A stretch of 64,000 nucleotides of DNA, taken from positions 248,001 through 312,000 of the forward strand of contig JAPDFW010000081.1 in NCBI GenBank assembly GCA_028826165.1, written 5' to 3'. This document shows positions 62,289 to 64,000 of this stretch, piece after piece. The stretch's first letter is position 1. Every line of letters starts with the position of its first letter. The position numbers and the translations under genes are program-made. The DNA comes from Anaeramoeba ignava BMAN. Its lineage: Eukaryota > Protista > Anaeramoebae. The notes under the pieces are model-generated. The model made no database searches, was not told where the DNA came from, and worked only from the letters and a program-made list of their open reading frames with translations.

Positions 62289-64000
62289 ATGAATGATTGT
62301 TTATTTTTTGGTGCAAATCAATTACCAAAACTTTTCAAAAATGAACCAGATAAAATAACAAAACCAATTCAATTTAAATTTGAAAATGAAAATGAAAATG
62401 AAAATGAAAATGAAAATGAAAAACAAAATGAAAATGAAAATGAAAATGAAAATGAAAAACAAATTAAACAAATTTCATCAGGAAATTTTTCAACAATTTT
62501 CCTTTTTGAAAATGGAAAAGCAATAGAATATTCAAGTCAAAATGATTCAAAACAAAATCCTAAAAAAATCCAAATTGAAGAAAATATTCAAAAAGTAACT
62601 GTTGGTGGTTGGAATGAAGCTATTTTAACAATAGAAGGAAATGCATTTGCAAAAGGAGAAAATATTAATCTAAAAAATCCAAATGAATTTATCAATATTT
62701 CATCATTAATTGAAGATAAAAATGATAGAATAATTCAAGATATTGTTTCTGGAAGATTTTCAATTTATTTATTAACTTCAAATCAAAATGTTTATGGAAT
62801 TGGTTCAAATTATTATGGTCAACTTGGTTTTGATTTTGAAACACTTAAAAAAACAGAAAAACCAATTTTAATGATGAAAAATGTTTCTAAAATATTTTCA
62901 GGAACTGGTTCACTTCATATTTTTCTTTTAAATTCAAATAAAGAATTATTTGGATGCGGAGATAATGAATTTGGTCAACTTGGATTAGGAGAATCAATAA
63001 AAGATGAAACAAGAATTAAAAAATTAACCAAAATCCAAAATATTCCAAAAGGCAAAATAATTGATATTCAATGTGGAATTATTTATTCAATAATGTTGAT
63101 TGAAAATGAAAATCAAAATCCAAAAAGAAAACTTTATTCATGTGGATATTATTCATTTAATGGACTTGGCAAAAATGAAGATATTTATGAATTTACTGAA
63201 ATCAAATCATCTTTATTTGAAAATGATGATATTCTTGATTTTTCTGTTGGATTTACTCATACTTTGATTTTAATTTCCAAAGGTAAATTAATTGGATTTG
63301 GAAACAATTCTTATGGCCAATTAGGAACTGGAGATACAAAATCTCAAAGAATTCCAATTCAAATTGAACTTCCTGAATTAAGATTTAATGAAGAAATTTT
63401 CAATTATCATATTTCTTGTGGATATTACAAATCATTTCTTTATTATTCTCCTCTTTCTTTTTCCAATCTTGAAGAAGATTTGATAAAATTATTTAGAAGA
63501 AAAGAATTTTGTGATATTTCATTTAAAACCAAAAATGGAGAAATAATCAAAGCTCATAAATTAATATTAAATTATAGATTAAATCAAGATCAAAATGAAA
63601 TTGAAAAACTTCAAGAAATTATTTCAAAAAAATCAATTAAAGAATCAAATCAAATATTTGAAATGATTTATTCAAATAATTCCAAAATAAATCCAAAATT
63701 ATATTCAGAAATTAAAGAAATTATAAATTCTAATGAAAAAATTGAAGAAACAATGAAAAGAATTTATGAAAATGAAAATGAAAAAGATTTTATTATTGAA
63801 AGAAAAGAAAAAAAATATAAATTCCCTAAATTAATATTAATAATGAGAAGTGAATTATATCGAGGAATGTTTTTATCTGTAACAGAAGATAAATCTAATA
63901 AAGTTACAGATTATAGTGAATTAAGTAATAAATCATTTCAAATATTAGAATATTGGATTTATTCAAATCAAATTAAAGAAGATATTCAAATTACACAAGA
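62289..64000 (+). CDS. RCC1-repeat + BTB protein (3' end outside window; missing from ORF track)
   Basis: MNDCLFFGAN...; GIGSNYYGQLG, GCGDNEFGQLGLG, GFGNNSYGQLGTG repeats; FCDISF...IKAHKLILNYR and a second BTB PKLILIMRSELYRGMF. Confidence 0.9.
   Translation, partial: MNDCLFFGANQLPKLFKNEPDKITKPIQFKFENENENENENENEKQNENENENENEKQIKQISSGNFSTIFLFENGKAIEYSSQNDSKQNPKKIQIEENIQKVTVGGWNEAILTIEGNAFAKGENINLKNPNEFINISSLIEDKNDRIIQDIVSGRFSIYLLTSNQNVYGIGSNYYGQLGFDFETLKKTEKPILMMKNVSKIFSGTGSLHIFLLNSNKELFGCGDNEFGQLGLGESIKDETRIKKLTKIQNIPKGKIIDIQCGIIYSIMLIENENQNPKRKLYSCGYYSFNGLGKNEDIYEFTEIKSSLFENDDILDFSVGFTHTLILISKGKLIGFGNNSYGQLGTGDTKSQRIPIQIELPELRFNEEIFNYHISCGYYKSFLYYSPLSFSNLEEDLIKLFRRKEFCDISFKTKNGEIIKAHKLILNYRLNQDQNEIEKLQEIISKKSIKESNQIFEMIYSNNSKINPKLYSEIKEIINSNEKIEETMKRIYENENEKDFIIERKEKKYKFPKLILIMRSELYRGMFLSVTEDKSNKVTDYSELSNKSFQILEYWIYSNQIKEDIQITQ

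Noticed and set aside
1-64000. Alternative genetic code or stop-codon readthrough
   Set aside because: TAA and TGA terminate conserved genes at expected positions, and internal stops are explained by introns or indels.

Overview
Extremely AT-rich, gene-dense eukaryotic (protist) DNA with the standard genetic code and GT-AG spliceosomal introns. It holds about 21 protein genes. I found no rRNA, tRNA, CRISPR array or recognisable transposon. Poly-NQ tracts, BTB-TLDc and RCC1-BTB genes, Trichomonas-type TCATTT initiator motifs and a presequence-bearing bacterial-type protein suggest an anaerobic metamonad such as Anaeramoeba (inference, not verified). Genes in order: GATAD1-like BAH protein (5' partial), Tul1/FLY RING ligase, acyl-CoA synthetase with a ZZ-like finger, RNF170, C2-RasGAP-DUF547, ZIP transporter, F-box-TMEM185-like protein, a 12-kb intronless HECTD4/MYCBP2-like giant with a truncated HECT, DUF971, Sec3, ERdj3-like DnaJ (YPD), CCDC6, Fes1, three TLDc paralogs, C2CD3, LENG8/Thp3, a small Niban-like protein, VPS9D1, ChAPs (exomer adaptor), a tandem-UBL protein and RCC1-BTB (3' partial). 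Repeats include 6-, 10-, 11- and 12-bp arrays and a ~154-bp satellite. About ten apparent frameshifts lie mostly in homopolymers or microsatellites and look like long-read errors. The most notable signals are a mosaic, diversifying TLDc cassette on different N-termini; strand-specific tandem Inr arrays forming tiny bidirectional promoters; A-tract/AAG 3' splice sites without polypyrimidine tracts; and several degenerate or unexpected proteins (pseudo-HECT, YPD J-domain, ChAPs, C2CD3, organelle-targeted DUF971). All homology calls are from motif recognition by eye; no searches were run.
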